Shown piece after piece: positions 39,503-49,330 of a stretch of DNA of 64,000 bases. The number at the start of each line of letters is the position of its first letter. Position 1 is the first letter of the stretch. The notes under the pieces were generated by a model. The model had not been told where the DNA came from. It saw only the letters and a list, made by a program, of their open reading frames with translations, and searched no databases. Made by a program: the position numbers and the translations under genes. Origin of the DNA: Bacilli bacterium (GTDB taxonomy: Bacteria; Bacillota_I; Bacilli_A; RF39; UBA660); contig JAFWMN010000008.1 of NCBI GenBank assembly GCA_017513865.1, forward strand, positions 15,232-79,231, given 5' to 3'.

Positions 39503-40546
39503 ATGATGGGATTAGAAATGGATCAACTTGCAAAAATAAAAGTAATAGGAATAGGTGGCGGTGGCTGTAATGCCGTAAATAGAATGACGGAATCAGTTGA
39601 AGGAGTAGAGTTTATTGTTGCTAATACTGATTCACAAGTTTTAAACAATTCTTTAGCAGAAAAAAAGATTCAAATTGGTGCAGAGTTAACTCATGGTCTA
39701 GGTGCAGGAGCAAATCCTCAAATTGGTAAAGAAGCTGCCCTTGAATCTAAAGCTGAGCTTGAAGAAGCTTTAAAAGATGCTGACATGGTATTCATTACAT
39801 GTGGTATGGGTGGTGGAACTGGTACTGGAGCTGCGCCAGTAATAGCTGATATTGCCCAAAATGCCGGAGCTTTAACAATTGGCATAGTTACTAAACCTTT
39901 CTCATTTGAAGGTAAAAAAAGAATGGACCAAGCTTTAGCGGGAATTGAAGAACTTAAAAAACATGTCGATACTTTAATTGTAGTACCAAATGATAGATTA
40001 AGAGAGATCATTGATAAATCAACGCCACTTCTTGAATCATTTAAAGAAGTAGATAATGTTTTAAGACGCGGTGTTCAATCTATATCTGATTTAATTGCAT
40101 GTCCAGGACTTATTAACTTGGATTTTGCCGATGTTAAAACAGTTATGGAAAAACGTGGTAATGCTTTAATTGGTATTGGTGCTGGTGTTGGTGAAGATAG
40201 AGCTATAGAAGCAGCTAATCAAGCAGTATTAAGTCCTCTTTTAGAAACTAGTATTGATGGAGCTACAGATGCAATTATCAATGTAACTGGTGGCCCTAAT
40301 TTAACTTTATTTGAGGTTGAGGAAGCTGTTGAAGCTATTAGAAAATCAGCCAATACAGATATTAATACAATATTTGGTGCAGTTATTAATGAGAATTTTA
40401 CAGATGAAATTATTGTTACAGTAATTGCAACAGGGTTTGATATGGAAAAAGATAAAGATGCTTCTGATGATATAGATCCAATTGCTGGTTTAGATGATGA
40501 AGACACAGTAATACCATCATTCCTTAGAAGAAGAAGTAATTTTTAA
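39503..40546 (+). CDS. ftsZ: Cell division protein FtsZ
   Basis: GGGTGTG tubulin signature, NLDFAD, IPSFLRR tail. Confidence 0.98.
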   Translation: MMGLEMDQLAKIKVIGIGGGGCNAVNRMTESVEGVEFIVANTDSQVLNNSLAEKKIQIGAELTHGLGAGANPQIGKEAALESKAELEEALKDADMVFITCGMGGGTGTGAAPVIADIAQNAGALTIGIVTKPFSFEGKKRMDQALAGIEELKKHVDTLIVVPNDRLREIIDKSTPLLESFKEVDNVLRRGVQSISDLIACPGLINLDFADVKTVMEKRGNALIGIGAGVGEDRAIEAANQAVLSPLLETSIDGATDAIINVTGGPNLTLFEVEEAVEAIRKSANTDINTIFGAVINENFTDEIIVTVIATGFDMEKDKDASDDIDPIAGLDDEDTVIPSFLRRRSNF

Positions 40547-40571
40547 ATCACTATTTATTAGTGATTTTTTT
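40545..40571 (+). terminator. Intrinsic terminator after ftsZ
   Basis: AAATCACTA/TAGTGATTT plus T-run. Confidence 0.7.
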
Positions 40572-40583
40572 ATTGGAAAAATG

Positions 40584-40612
40584 TTGAAACAAGAACAAAT
40601 GTTTGTTATAAT
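40584..40612 (+). promoter_or_regulatory. sigmaA promoter containing a LexA (Cheo) box
   Basis: TTGAAA-17-TATAAT with GAAC-AAAT-GTTT at 40593..40604. Confidence 0.7.
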
Positions 40613-40651
40613 TGATATGTAGGAGTTAAAAATCAAAGGAGAGTTAAAAAA

Positions 40652-41503
40652 ATGAATCAAGATAAAATGCATTTGGTAAATAAAATATTTAATAATGAAA
40701 CAATTAGAACAGTTTGGGATAAGGAACAAGAAAAATACTTTATTAGTGTTGTTGATATAGTAGGTACTATATCAGAAAGCAAAGATAAACAAGCTTATTG
40801 GAGAAAACTCAAACAACGTTTAAAAGTGGAAGGAAATGAAACCGTGACAAGTTGTCACGCTTTGAAACTGAAAGCACATGATGGTAAATATCGTACGACT
40901 GATGTTGTTGATATTGAAGGTATGTTTAGAATTATTGAATCAATACCTAGTAAGAATGCAGAGCCAATAAAAATGTGGCTTGCTAAATTAGGTAGTGAAA
41001 GAATAGATGAAACATTTGATCCATCACTTACAGTTGAGCGTGCGGTAGATTTATATAGGTTAAAAGGCTATGATGAAAAATGGATTGCTAAAAGAATTAA
41101 AGGTATTCAAGATAGAAAAGGGCTCACTGATATATGGAAAGAAGGTGGAATAACTGAATCTAAGGAATATGCAATTTTGACTAATGAAATATACAAAGAA
41201 TGGTCTGGTATGACTGCACATGAATATAAATCATTTAAAGGTCTTAGAAAAGAGTCTTTAAGAGATAATATGACTGATATTGAAGTAGCACTTGCAGATT
41301 TAGGTGAACTTGCAACTAGAGAAATTGCTAAAAGAAAAAAGCCTAAAGGATTAAATGAAAATGTTGAAGTAGCAAAGCGGGGTGGGAGGATTGCTGGTAA
41401 TGCTAGGAAAGATTTAGAACATGAAATTGATGGTAGCGTGGTTACTAGTGATAATGCATTAAATTATAAATATATAGATGATAAAAAAATTGAAATGAAG
41501 TGA
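40652..41503 (+). CDS. Bro-N domain protein (antirepressor/DinD-like)
   Basis: IRTVWD...FISVVDIV, YWRKLKQRL, IESIPSKNAEPIKMWLA, LRDNMT. Confidence 0.8.
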   Translation: MNQDKMHLVNKIFNNETIRTVWDKEQEKYFISVVDIVGTISESKDKQAYWRKLKQRLKVEGNETVTSCHALKLKAHDGKYRTTDVVDIEGMFRIIESIPSKNAEPIKMWLAKLGSERIDETFDPSLTVERAVDLYRLKGYDEKWIAKRIKGIQDRKGLTDIWKEGGITESKEYAILTNEIYKEWSGMTAHEYKSFKGLRKESLRDNMTDIEVALADLGELATREIAKRKKPKGLNENVEVAKRGGRIAGNARKDLEHEIDGSVVTSDNALNYKYIDDKKIEMK

Positions 41504-41606
41504 AGGTAATTTTTTGTCTAAGTGTGTAAAAACAAGTGATTTAGGGAAAATGTCGCTTGTTTTTTTTGTTGTTTTTGATAATATTTAAATAGAAGGTAGG
41601 GTAAAT

Positions 41607-42839
41607 ATGAGAAAAGTAAAAGATAATAAATCAATGTTATTATTTGTATTAATATCAATATCATTTATAATGGTGGTAGGTTTTGCTGCATTTAATTCTA
41701 CACTTACGATAAATGGTACAGCAAGTACAAATCCTAATTGGTGTATAGGTTTTGATAACAGAAATACAAGTGCTTATACAATAACTAAAGGGAAATCTAC
41801 AGGAACAAGTCCAACAGGTTCAATAGGGTTTAGTGGCTCAGCATGTAGTACAAATTATGTACCAGTAGCTAGTTTAGGAGCAACATTCTATCAACCAGGA
41901 GATAAGATAGAATATACTCTTACCATAGCAAATAAAGGAAGTATAAATGCAGTAATAGAAAGTATAACCGTAGATAATACTTCTGTAACAAGTGATCAAA
42001 TAATCCAAAAAGGAAATATCATATGGAAAGTATATATGACAGCAAGTACAACTTTAGCAGCATCAACAGGAACAACGACAATGGTAGTATCAGCAGAGTT
42101 TCAAAATACAACTGATTTGGAGTCATATACAGCACAGGAAACCCAATCAATAACTGTAGGAATAGTAGCAGCCCAAAACACTGGAAGTAATGCGATGGTT
42201 ACAACAGAGGCAGCATTTACAGGAGTAAAATATGCGATTAATACAGATCGTGTGAATATGAATGATACTGCTGCTTCTACGCCAATTTGGTGTGCTACTG
42301 AGCGTTATAATGGTGGAAATCCATGGAGTAGTTGTGAGGATATTAATGACCCATATTATTTTACTTCTCTTGAAGATTGTAATGTTAGGATTGCTAGTTG
42401 GGGAACACCGCCTTCGGGAACATCGTATTCTTGTGAGGAAGATCAACTATCAGGTGTTGATTTAGGAACTACTTATAATTCATGTGCTGCTACGGGTAAA
42501 AATGCATGTTTAAAATATACAATAGAGAATAACATTATAACTGGAGTTGAAGCATGTTTTATAAAAGGAGGAACAGAATACTGTTTAACGGGATGGCATA
42601 ATGAATTTTCTTCTGGAACAACGCCAATATATAATTTAAATGTTGGTACATTAAATACAGCTTTTACTGAAATAAATGCTTGTAGTGACGATGATTCAGA
42701 CTATGTTTGTAGTGCTTCTGGTTTGGAAGTAACTGTTGGTTCCGGTGGTGGTGTGAGCGTCATTATTGGTAACTCGTGGTACTGTTTAGTCAATGGTTCT
42801 AGTAGCTATGCATACTGTATTGCTGGAAATCCTAAATAA
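41607..42839 (+). CDS. Cys-rich surface protein, paralog B (extra Cys module, variable C-terminus)
   Basis: Long identical stretches with 20835..21863 (INGTASTNPNWCIGFDN, FYQPGDKIEYTLTIANKGSI, KGNIIWKVYM, TGTTTMVVSAEFQNTTDL). Confidence 0.8.
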   Translation: MRKVKDNKSMLLFVLISISFIMVVGFAAFNSTLTINGTASTNPNWCIGFDNRNTSAYTITKGKSTGTSPTGSIGFSGSACSTNYVPVASLGATFYQPGDKIEYTLTIANKGSINAVIESITVDNTSVTSDQIIQKGNIIWKVYMTASTTLAASTGTTTMVVSAEFQNTTDLESYTAQETQSITVGIVAAQNTGSNAMVTTEAAFTGVKYAINTDRVNMNDTAASTPIWCATERYNGGNPWSSCEDINDPYYFTSLEDCNVRIASWGTPPSGTSYSCEEDQLSGVDLGTTYNSCAATGKNACLKYTIENNIITGVEACFIKGGTEYCLTGWHNEFSSGTTPIYNLNVGTLNTAFTEINACSDDDSDYVCSASGLEVTVGSGGGVSVIIGNSWYCLVNGSSSYAYCIAGNPK

Positions 42840-42875
42840 GCATCCTGTGTCTACCTACTCTAATATCTAAAATTC

Positions 42876-42906
42876 AAAACTTTAGAATTTTTTCTAAAGT
42901 TTTTTT
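42876..42906 (+). terminator. Intrinsic terminator/hairpin
   Basis: AAAACTTTAGAA/TTCTAAAGTTTT plus T-run. Confidence 0.7.
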
Positions 42907-43010
42907 ATTTTCAAAAGGAAATTTTTATTTTTTTTAGTATATATGATATAGAGGGTAATATATCGACAAAATTATTTATTTTTTTAAGTTAAAATATTTT
43001 TGGTGATAGT

Positions 43011-43475
43011 ATGAAAAAATATTTTCTTCCTATTTCGTTTTCTTTATGTATTGGAATATTAATGGCTTATTTTATTATTCATCAGTATGAATCATATGAT
43101 GGAATTATGGTTTCAGGTATGGCTAGTAAGTTATATTATGTTCAAAGAGGGGTATATTCTAATAAAGAAAATATGGAAAATAACATGAGGGAATTTACAA
43201 GTTATATTTATAATGTTTTGGATAATATGTATTATACTTATATAGGTGTTAGTATGGATAAAAATAATGCTTTGAAAATTCAAAATTATTATAAAGAAAA
43301 AGGATATGATACTTATATTAAAGAGAAAATGATTAGTAATAGTGAATTTATTAAGATACTTTCAGAATATGATAATATTTTAGCAAAAACTGATGATAAA
43401 GAATCGATAAAAGTAATTTGTAATCAAGTACTCTCTAAGTATGAGGAGTATGAAAATGGAAAATATAAAAATTAA
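43011..43475 (+). CDS. Membrane-anchored SPOR-like domain protein (SpoIIB position)
   Basis: N-terminal TM, YYVQRGVYSNKEN SPOR-like motif, upstream of radC. Confidence 0.55.
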   Translation: MKKYFLPISFSLCIGILMAYFIIHQYESYDGIMVSGMASKLYYVQRGVYSNKENMENNMREFTSYIYNVLDNMYYTYIGVSMDKNNALKIQNYYKEKGYDTYIKEKMISNSEFIKILSEYDNILAKTDDKESIKVICNQVLSKYEEYENGKYKN

Positions 43476-44139
43476 AAAAATACCGGTAAACGATAGACCT
43501 CGTGAAAGATTAATGCTATATGGGGCTAAAAGTTTAAGTAATGAAGAATTACTTTCAATTATTTTAAATTCGGGTACCAGAAATATTTCAGTTAAAAATT
43601 TAGCTTCTTTAATTATAAGTAAGGCTGGTAATATTAAAAATTTAAGAAATTTTACTTATCATGATTTACTTAAGATTGAAGGAATAGGTAAAGTTAAGGC
43701 ATGCACTCTTTTGTCTTTGATAGAACTTTCTATTAGAATGAGCAGTAAGTTTGAAACTGTTGACAAAATTAAACTAAATGATCCTGAAAAAGTATATTAT
43801 TTTTATAAAGATAGAATAAATATAAATCAAGAAGAATTTTATTGTATTTATTTGGATGCTAAAAAAAGAATTATTAAAGATAAACTTGTTTTTATAGGAA
43901 CTGTTAATCATTCTTTGGTTCATCCGAGAGACATTTTTAAAGAAGCTTATAATTTAAATGCATGTTTTATAATATGTGTTCATAATCATCCTAGTGGCGA
44001 TGTAAGTCCAAGTAGGGATGATATAGGTGTTACAGATAGATTAATTGAAATAGGAAACTTAATGGGCGTAAAAATTTTAGATCATATTATTGTTTCTAAG
44101 GAAAATTATTATAGTTTTTTAGAAAATGGTAGAATTTAG
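43456..44139 (+). CDS. radC: RadC (JAB domain) protein
   Basis: RPRERL, HPRDIFK, HNHPSGD, LDHII. Confidence 0.95.
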   Translation: MENIKIKKIPVNDRPRERLMLYGAKSLSNEELLSIILNSGTRNISVKNLASLIISKAGNIKNLRNFTYHDLLKIEGIGKVKACTLLSLIELSIRMSSKFETVDKIKLNDPEKVYYFYKDRININQEEFYCIYLDAKKRIIKDKLVFIGTVNHSLVHPRDIFKEAYNLNACFIICVHNHPSGDVSPSRDDIGVTDRLIEIGNLMGVKILDHIIVSKENYYSFLENGRI

Positions 44140-44175
44140 TTTATTTTTATATTATAATTTTATTAGGTGATTTAC

Positions 44176-45027
44176 ATGTTTAATAAAAAAAAGCAATTTG
44201 ATAAACGTTATTTATTAATTTTAATTATAGTTGTAATTGCTCTTGCTTTGGTTGTTTTAGCGGTTTCTTTAAAGAAAGATCGTAATTTAAGTTTGCCTGA
44301 AAGAATAATAAAAGATTCTGGAATAACTGTTTTAAGAGTAGTAAATACACCTTTTAAAGTTATTAAAAATAAACTAGATGACATTCATAAAAAGAACAAT
44401 ATATATAAAAAATATGAAAAAATAAAAAAGAAAACTGATGAAATGGATAAAGTTAAAGCAGCTAATAAGAATTTGGAAAATGAAGTAAAAAAATTAAAAG
44501 ATGCTTTAAAATTAAATACTGTACTTAGTAATAAAGTAGCTTGTAATGCGACAATTGTTTCTAGAAATGTCGGTTATTGGTATGAGGAAGTTACTATTGA
44601 TAAGGGTAAGAAAGATGGTATTTCAAAAAATATGGCAGTAGTTAATTCTAATGGACTTATTGGAAGAATAATAAAGGTAAGCAATCATTATAGTACTGTT
44701 AAACTTCTTTCAAATGATAATATGGATAATAAAATAAGTGTTAAAATAGCGATTAATGAAGATTTTGTTTATGGATTAATTTCAAACTATGATTCTAAAA
44801 CAAACACTTATACAGTTGAAGGTATTAGTCAAAATGTGGATATTCCTGAAGGGGCGGATGTTGTTACTACAGGAATGGGAACAACTTTTCCAAGTGGTTT
44901 GTTAATTGGTAAGGTGAAAAAAATAACCAAAGATAATTTTGATTTATCTAAAGTGGTAGAAGTTAATTCAGCGGTTAATTTTGATGATATTGATTATGTC
45001 ACAGTATTAAAGAGGGAAGTTAAATGA
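44176..45027 (+). CDS. mreC: Rod shape-determining protein MreC
   Basis: TM plus coiled coil, IDKGKKDGI, GLIGRI, TTGMG..FPSGL. Confidence 0.92.
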   Translation: MFNKKKQFDKRYLLILIIVVIALALVVLAVSLKKDRNLSLPERIIKDSGITVLRVVNTPFKVIKNKLDDIHKKNNIYKKYEKIKKKTDEMDKVKAANKNLENEVKKLKDALKLNTVLSNKVACNATIVSRNVGYWYEEVTIDKGKKDGISKNMAVVNSNGLIGRIIKVSNHYSTVKLLSNDNMDNKISVKIAINEDFVYGLISNYDSKTNTYTVEGISQNVDIPEGADVVTTGMGTTFPSGLLIGKVKKITKDNFDLSKVVEVNSAVNFDDIDYVTVLKREVK

Positions 45028-45521
45028 AAATATTTATTCTAGTGTTTTCATTTTTACTAGATGGAATTATTTCTTATCTTTTACCAATTAATAGTTTGTT
45101 TTTGCCACTTTGTTCACTAGTTTCATTAATTATTATTTATCCTTATTTTAATGGAAATAAAAAAGATTATTATAAATATACCTTTTTGTTTGGATTTTTA
45201 TATGATTTAATTTATACAGACACTTTAGTTTTTTATGCATTTTTATTTTTATTTATGGCTTTTATAATTACTAAACTTACTTTAGTATTATCCGATAATT
45301 ATTTAAATTTGGTACTTATTACGGTTATTTTGATTATATTATTTAGATTTATTTCTTATATTTTGATATTTATTACTGGTAATATTAGTTTTGATTATCA
45401 TATCCTTCTTAAGGGAATATATAGTTCTTTAATTTTTAATATTATTTATGCAATTTTATTTTTAATGATAACTAACTTTATTAGTGATAAATTTAATATT
45501 AAAAGAAGTTCACATTATTAA
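45024..45521 (+). CDS. mreD: Rod shape-determining protein MreD
   Basis: Very hydrophobic, GFLYDLIYT motif, follows mreC. Confidence 0.85.
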   Translation: MKIFILVFSFLLDGIISYLLPINSLFLPLCSLVSLIIIYPYFNGNKKDYYKYTFLFGFLYDLIYTDTLVFYAFLFLFMAFIITKLTLVLSDNYLNLVLITVILIILFRFISYILIFITGNISFDYHILLKGIYSSLIFNIIYAILFLMITNFISDKFNIKRSSHY

Positions 45522-45588
45522 CTCATTTTAAATGAGTTTTTTTCTTCTAAACTTATAAAAATCATAATATATTATTATAGGTGATTTT

Positions 45589-46128
45589 ATGAAAGCAAGG
45601 AAAATTTTTAATTTTTTTAGTAAAATTTTAATATGTATTATAGTTACTTTATCATGTATGATTATTTTAAAGTCAAATTCTAATTTAAGGGGTTTGATAT
45701 ATAAAAAGGTTTTTCAAAATAATTTTAAATTTGCAAAAGTAAATGAATTATATGAAAAATATTTTGGCGTTATTTTACCTTTTTCTAAAAATAATAACGT
45801 TTCTTTAGTTTCTAAAGAAGAAATAGAATATGAAAGTAAGGAAGAATATAAAGATGGGGTTAGACTTAAGGTGAGTGAGAATTATCCGGTTCCTTTACTC
45901 AATAGTGGAATAGTTATATTTATTGGAAATAAAGAAGGTTATGGGGATACTGTTATTGTACAAGACGCGGATGGTGTTGAAACATGGTATGCTAATTTAA
46001 AAATGATAAAAGTTAGTATGTATGATTATTTAAAAAAAGGTGACATAGTTGGTGAAGCGAGTGGTGATAATTTTATTTTAGTTTTTACTAAGGATGGCAA
46101 AATAATTGACTATAAAAAATATATTTAA
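45589..46128 (+). CDS. spoIVFA: SpoIVFA-like M23-fold protein (non-catalytic)
   Basis: TM plus GIVIFIG...TVIVQ...ETWYANL lacking zinc ligands; precedes M50 protease. Confidence 0.7.
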   Translation: MKARKIFNFFSKILICIIVTLSCMIILKSNSNLRGLIYKKVFQNNFKFAKVNELYEKYFGVILPFSKNNNVSLVSKEEIEYESKEEYKDGVRLKVSENYPVPLLNSGIVIFIGNKEGYGDTVIVQDADGVETWYANLKMIKVSMYDYLKKGDIVGEASGDNFILVFTKDGKIIDYKKYI

Positions 46129-46843
46129 AATCCATCCTTTTTATTTTTTTGCTGCTTTTGTTTCAGTTATTACTGGTCATTTTAAGGATTTTTTATTGTT
46201 TAGTTTAATAATTGTTGTTCATGAATGTGGACATGTTTTTTTAGCTTTAATTTTTAAATGGAATGTATATGAGATTATTTTGCTTCCGTTTGGAGCTTTA
46301 ACTGTTTTTAATGAAAAAATTAATAGACCCTTATTTGAGGAATTTTTAATTTTGATTTTTGGTCCTATTTTTCAGATTGTCTTTACTTTTGCCTTTTATA
46401 ATGAAAACATATTTAACTTAAGCACATCTATTCTTTTTTTTAATTTACTTCCAGTAATACCTTTAGATGGTTCTAAAGTTGTAAATATTTTATTAAATAG
46501 ATTTTTAAGTTTTAAAAAGAGTCATTTGATTACCATATATATTTCATTTTTAACTATATTTTTTGTTATGATTAAAGCACATTTTAATTTAATTTTAATG
46601 TTAATATTTATTTTTATTTTATTTAAAATAATAGATGAAATTAAAAATCACAATAATATTTTTAAAAAATTTTTGTTGGAAAGATATATTTATGATTTCA
46701 ATTTTAAAAAAATTAAGTTTATAAAATCATTGAATTTAGATAATATGAAAAGAGATTATAGACATATTTTTTATAATGGAAAAGAATATGTTACCGAAAG
46801 AAGAATAATCAAGAAAATGTTTGACTTTCCTTCAAAAACATGA
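46106..46843 (+). CDS. spoIVFB: SpoIVFB-like site-2 (M50) protease
   Basis: KIHP, HECGH, LPFG, GP, FNLLPVIPLDG; synteny before rplU. Confidence 0.82.
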   Translation: MTIKNIFKIHPFYFFAAFVSVITGHFKDFLLFSLIIVVHECGHVFLALIFKWNVYEIILLPFGALTVFNEKINRPLFEEFLILIFGPIFQIVFTFAFYNENIFNLSTSILFFNLLPVIPLDGSKVVNILLNRFLSFKKSHLITIYISFLTIFFVMIKAHFNLILMLIFIFILFKIIDEIKNHNNIFKKFLLERYIYDFNFKKIKFIKSLNLDNMKRDYRHIFYNGKEYVTERRIIKKMFDFPSKT

Positions 46844-46849
46844 TAAAAT
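46821..46849 (+). promoter_or_regulatory. sigmaA promoter for rplU operon
   Basis: TTGACT-17-TAAAAT with extended TG. Confidence 0.65.
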
Positions 46850-46855
46850 CTTAAA

Positions 46856-46932
46856 TTGTGTAGAGCTCCTCTACAACCGCGCAGAAAAGGTTTTGAAAAA
46901 ATACTTTGTAGTATTACCTTTATGGCGAGTCT
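46856..46932 (+). ncRNA. L21 leader (ribosomal protein leader RNA)
   Basis: GC-richer structured 5' UTR of rplU with CTACAACCGC and GGCGAGTC segments and an AAGGT/ACCTT stem. Confidence 0.7.
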
Positions 46933-46954
46933 TAGATTATAAAGGAGGTTTAAT

Positions 46955-47254
46955 ATGAAAGCGGTAATTAGTACTGGCGGTAAACAATATTATGTCGAAG
47001 AGGGCAGCGTTTTATATCTTGAAAAATTAGATGCACCAGTAGATTCTACAGTTACTTTCGATGAAGTTTTAATGATTGGTGGTACAACAGGAACACCTTT
47101 AGTAAAAGGCGCTAAAGTAGAAGCTAAAGTATTAAAACAAGGAAAGAGTAAAAAAATAAAAGTCTATAAATATAGACAAAAGAAAAAATATCGTAGAACT
47201 CAAGGACATCGTCAACCATATACTAAAGTTGAAATTACAAAGTTAGTAAAATAA
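46955..47254 (+). CDS. rplU: 50S ribosomal protein L21
   Basis: TGGKQY, GHRQPYT. Confidence 0.97.
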   Translation: MKAVISTGGKQYYVEEGSVLYLEKLDAPVDSTVTFDEVLMIGGTTGTPLVKGAKVEAKVLKQGKSKKIKVYKYRQKKKYRRTQGHRQPYTKVEITKLVK

Positions 47255-47547
47255 TGACAAAGATTATTATAAATAAAGACCATATTGAAATTAAAGGTCA
47301 TGCGATGTTTGATGAGTACGGTAAAGATATTGTATGTGCGGCTCTTTCTAGCATTGTAATTACTAGTATAAATGGAATTTTAAGTATCGATAAAGAAGCT
47401 ATTAAATATAATCAAAAAAAAGGATTAATAGAAATAGATATTTTAAAACATTCTAAAGAAGTCGATGCTTTAATTTTAAATATGATAAATTTATTAAAAG
47501 AATTAAAATTACAGTATAAAAAAAATATACAAATCGAGGAGGTGTAG
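47254..47547 (+). CDS. prp: Ribosomal-processing cysteine protease Prp (YsxB)
   Basis: GHA...GKDIVCAA between rplU and rpmA. Confidence 0.93.
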   Translation: MTKIIINKDHIEIKGHAMFDEYGKDIVCAALSSIVITSINGILSIDKEAIKYNQKKGLIEIDILKHSKEVDALILNMINLLKELKLQYKKNIQIEEV

Positions 47548-47550
47548 TTT

Positions 47551-47835
47551 ATGACCATGTTAAAATTAGATATTCAATTATTTGCTCATAAAAAAGGTCA
47601 AGGTTCTACTAAAAATGGTAGAGACTCAGAATCTAAAAGACTTGGAGCAAAAGCTGCTGACGGAGAAGTTGTTAGTGGTGGATCTATTTTATATCGTCAA
47701 AGAGGAACTAAAATATATCCTGGCGTTAATGTAGGAATTGGTAAAGATGATACTTTATTTGCTAAAATAACTGGTATTGTTAAATTTGAACGTTTAGGAA
47801 GAGATAAAAAACAAGTGAGTGTTTATCCAGAGTAG
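47551..47835 (+). CDS. rpmA: 50S ribosomal protein L27 with cleavable N-terminal extension
   Basis: [21 protein letters not shown]. Confidence 0.97.
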   Translation: MTMLKLDIQLFAHKKGQGSTKNGRDSESKRLGAKAADGEVVSGGSILYRQRGTKIYPGVNVGIGKDDTLFAKITGIVKFERLGRDKKQVSVYPE

Positions 47836-47843
47836 GAATTATC

Positions 47844-48125
47844 CTACTTTTTTATTTTTTCACCCACCTTTAAATTTAAATAGTTTGGTTTTGTTTCATA
47901 AGTATATGTAACATTTTTTTTTGGTAAAATTATTTTCCATGGTTTTACATTTTTATAAATATATAATATTTTATCGTTTTTATCAGTTAATATTATATCA
48001 ATATTTGTTTTCATAAAGAAAGTGTGAACTCCATTACATTTTATTTTTAAAACATAGTCAAAATCTCTTAAAAACATTAAGCCTTTAAACCTTTTTATAA
48101 AGGTGTTTGCTTCTTTTATTTTCAT
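47844..48125 (-). CDS. DUF192 domain protein
   Basis: RFKGLMF...VHTFFM..IDII. Confidence 0.8.
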   Translation of the reverse strand: MKIKEANTFIKRFKGLMFLRDFDYVLKIKCNGVHTFFMKTNIDIILTDKNDKILYIYKNVKPWKIILPKKNVTYTYETKPNYLNLKVGEKIKK

Positions 48126-48239
48126 AGAATCACCAATTTTAATATATCATTTTAATATTTGTTTGTAAATAAATATTAGTACTTGATTTTTTGTTAAAAG
48201 TAAATTATAATGTATATAGAAATAATTGGAGGCTAGGAT

Positions 48240-48431
48240 ATGAAGTTAAATAATAAAGGTCAAGCCCTTGTTGAATATTTATTAATTATCGCGGTAATTA
48301 GTGTTATCGTTGTTAGTGTTGTTAGATTACTCGGTGGCTATGTACAGGATTCTATGACAAAATCATCTTGTAAATTAATTGATAAAGAGTATGTTGAAGG
48401 TGCTCATCCTGGAGAGGGTTCTTGTCAATAA
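48240..48431 (+). CDS. Flp-type pilin-like protein
   Basis: NNKG/QALVEYLLIIAVI motif, 63 aa. Confidence 0.8.
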   Translation: MKLNNKGQALVEYLLIIAVISVIVVSVVRLLGGYVQDSMTKSSCKLIDKEYVEGAHPGEGSCQ

Positions 48432-48464
48432 AAGATATTTATTATCTTTTTTTGTTAGTGTAAT

Positions 48465-48863
48465 ATGAATATACTTAAGAGAAAGTATTGGTATGTTTGT
48501 TTAATTTTAAGTATTTCGACTTTGGGTTTATATACTTTTTATGTTGGGAAAAAACTTCATGTTTATGATAAAGAAGCTTGGTATTCTAATAAATATTTTT
48601 GGATTTTATCTTTTATTTGTGGGATAGTACCTGGATTAATAATGTTTTTTATATTTTATATTGAGATTGGGTGCATGGTTTGTAAAAAATTAAGTGTTCC
48701 TTTTGATAATTATTATATATATCCTTATATTTGGGTGATTAGTTTAATTATTCCAATAATAGGATGGACATTGTTTATTATTTTAGTGATTTATGTGCAT
48801 TTTTGGTATATCTTCTATTTAAAAAGGGGATATGGGGAAGCATATTTAAAAAAAGTATACTAA
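48465..48863 (+). CDS. Hypothetical membrane protein
   Basis: Hydrophobic 132-aa ORF; weak RBS. Confidence 0.55.
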   Translation: MNILKRKYWYVCLILSISTLGLYTFYVGKKLHVYDKEAWYSNKYFWILSFICGIVPGLIMFFIFYIEIGCMVCKKLSVPFDNYYIYPYIWVISLIIPIIGWTLFIILVIYVHFWYIFYLKRGYGEAYLKKVY

Positions 48864-48925
48864 TTTGGTATGCTTTTTATATGGACTTAATACTTTTGAT
48901 TTGATACAATGTAATTGGTGGTTTT

Positions 48926-49330
48926 ATGGAAAACAGAAGTGAACTTAGAAAAAAATGTATGACAATTTTATATCAAATCGAAGTTTATGATAAAAATAAA
49001 ATGAAATATGAAATTGATGATGTTATTAAAGAAGTAACTAATATTGATAATGAGTTTGTTAAAGAAATAGTTTATGGAGTAATTACTTATAAAAAAGATA
49101 TTGATGTGACGGCGAATAAGTATTTAGATGGCTGGACTATTGATAGATTAGGAAATACGGATATTGCTATTTTAAGGATGGGAATATTTGAACTTTTATA
49201 TACTGATACTCCACCAGTAGTGGCTATTAATGAGGCAATTGAACTTGCTAAAGCATATAGTGATGATAAGGTTAGAAAAATGATTAATGGAGTGTTAGAT
49301 AAAGTTTATCATAGTAAAGAGGAAGAATAA
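48926..49330 (+). CDS. nusB: Transcription antitermination factor NusB
   Basis: WTIDRL, AILR, AINEAIELAK, INGVL. Confidence 0.95.
   Translation: MENRSELRKKCMTILYQIEVYDKNKMKYEIDDVIKEVTNIDNEFVKEIVYGVITYKKDIDVTANKYLDGWTIDRLGNTDIAILRMGIFELLYTDTPPVVAINEAIELAKAYSDDKVRKMINGVLDKVYHSKEEE

Noticed and set aside
43456-44139. radC as a mobile-element marker
   Set aside because: It is the full-length form in its usual chromosomal position before mreC.
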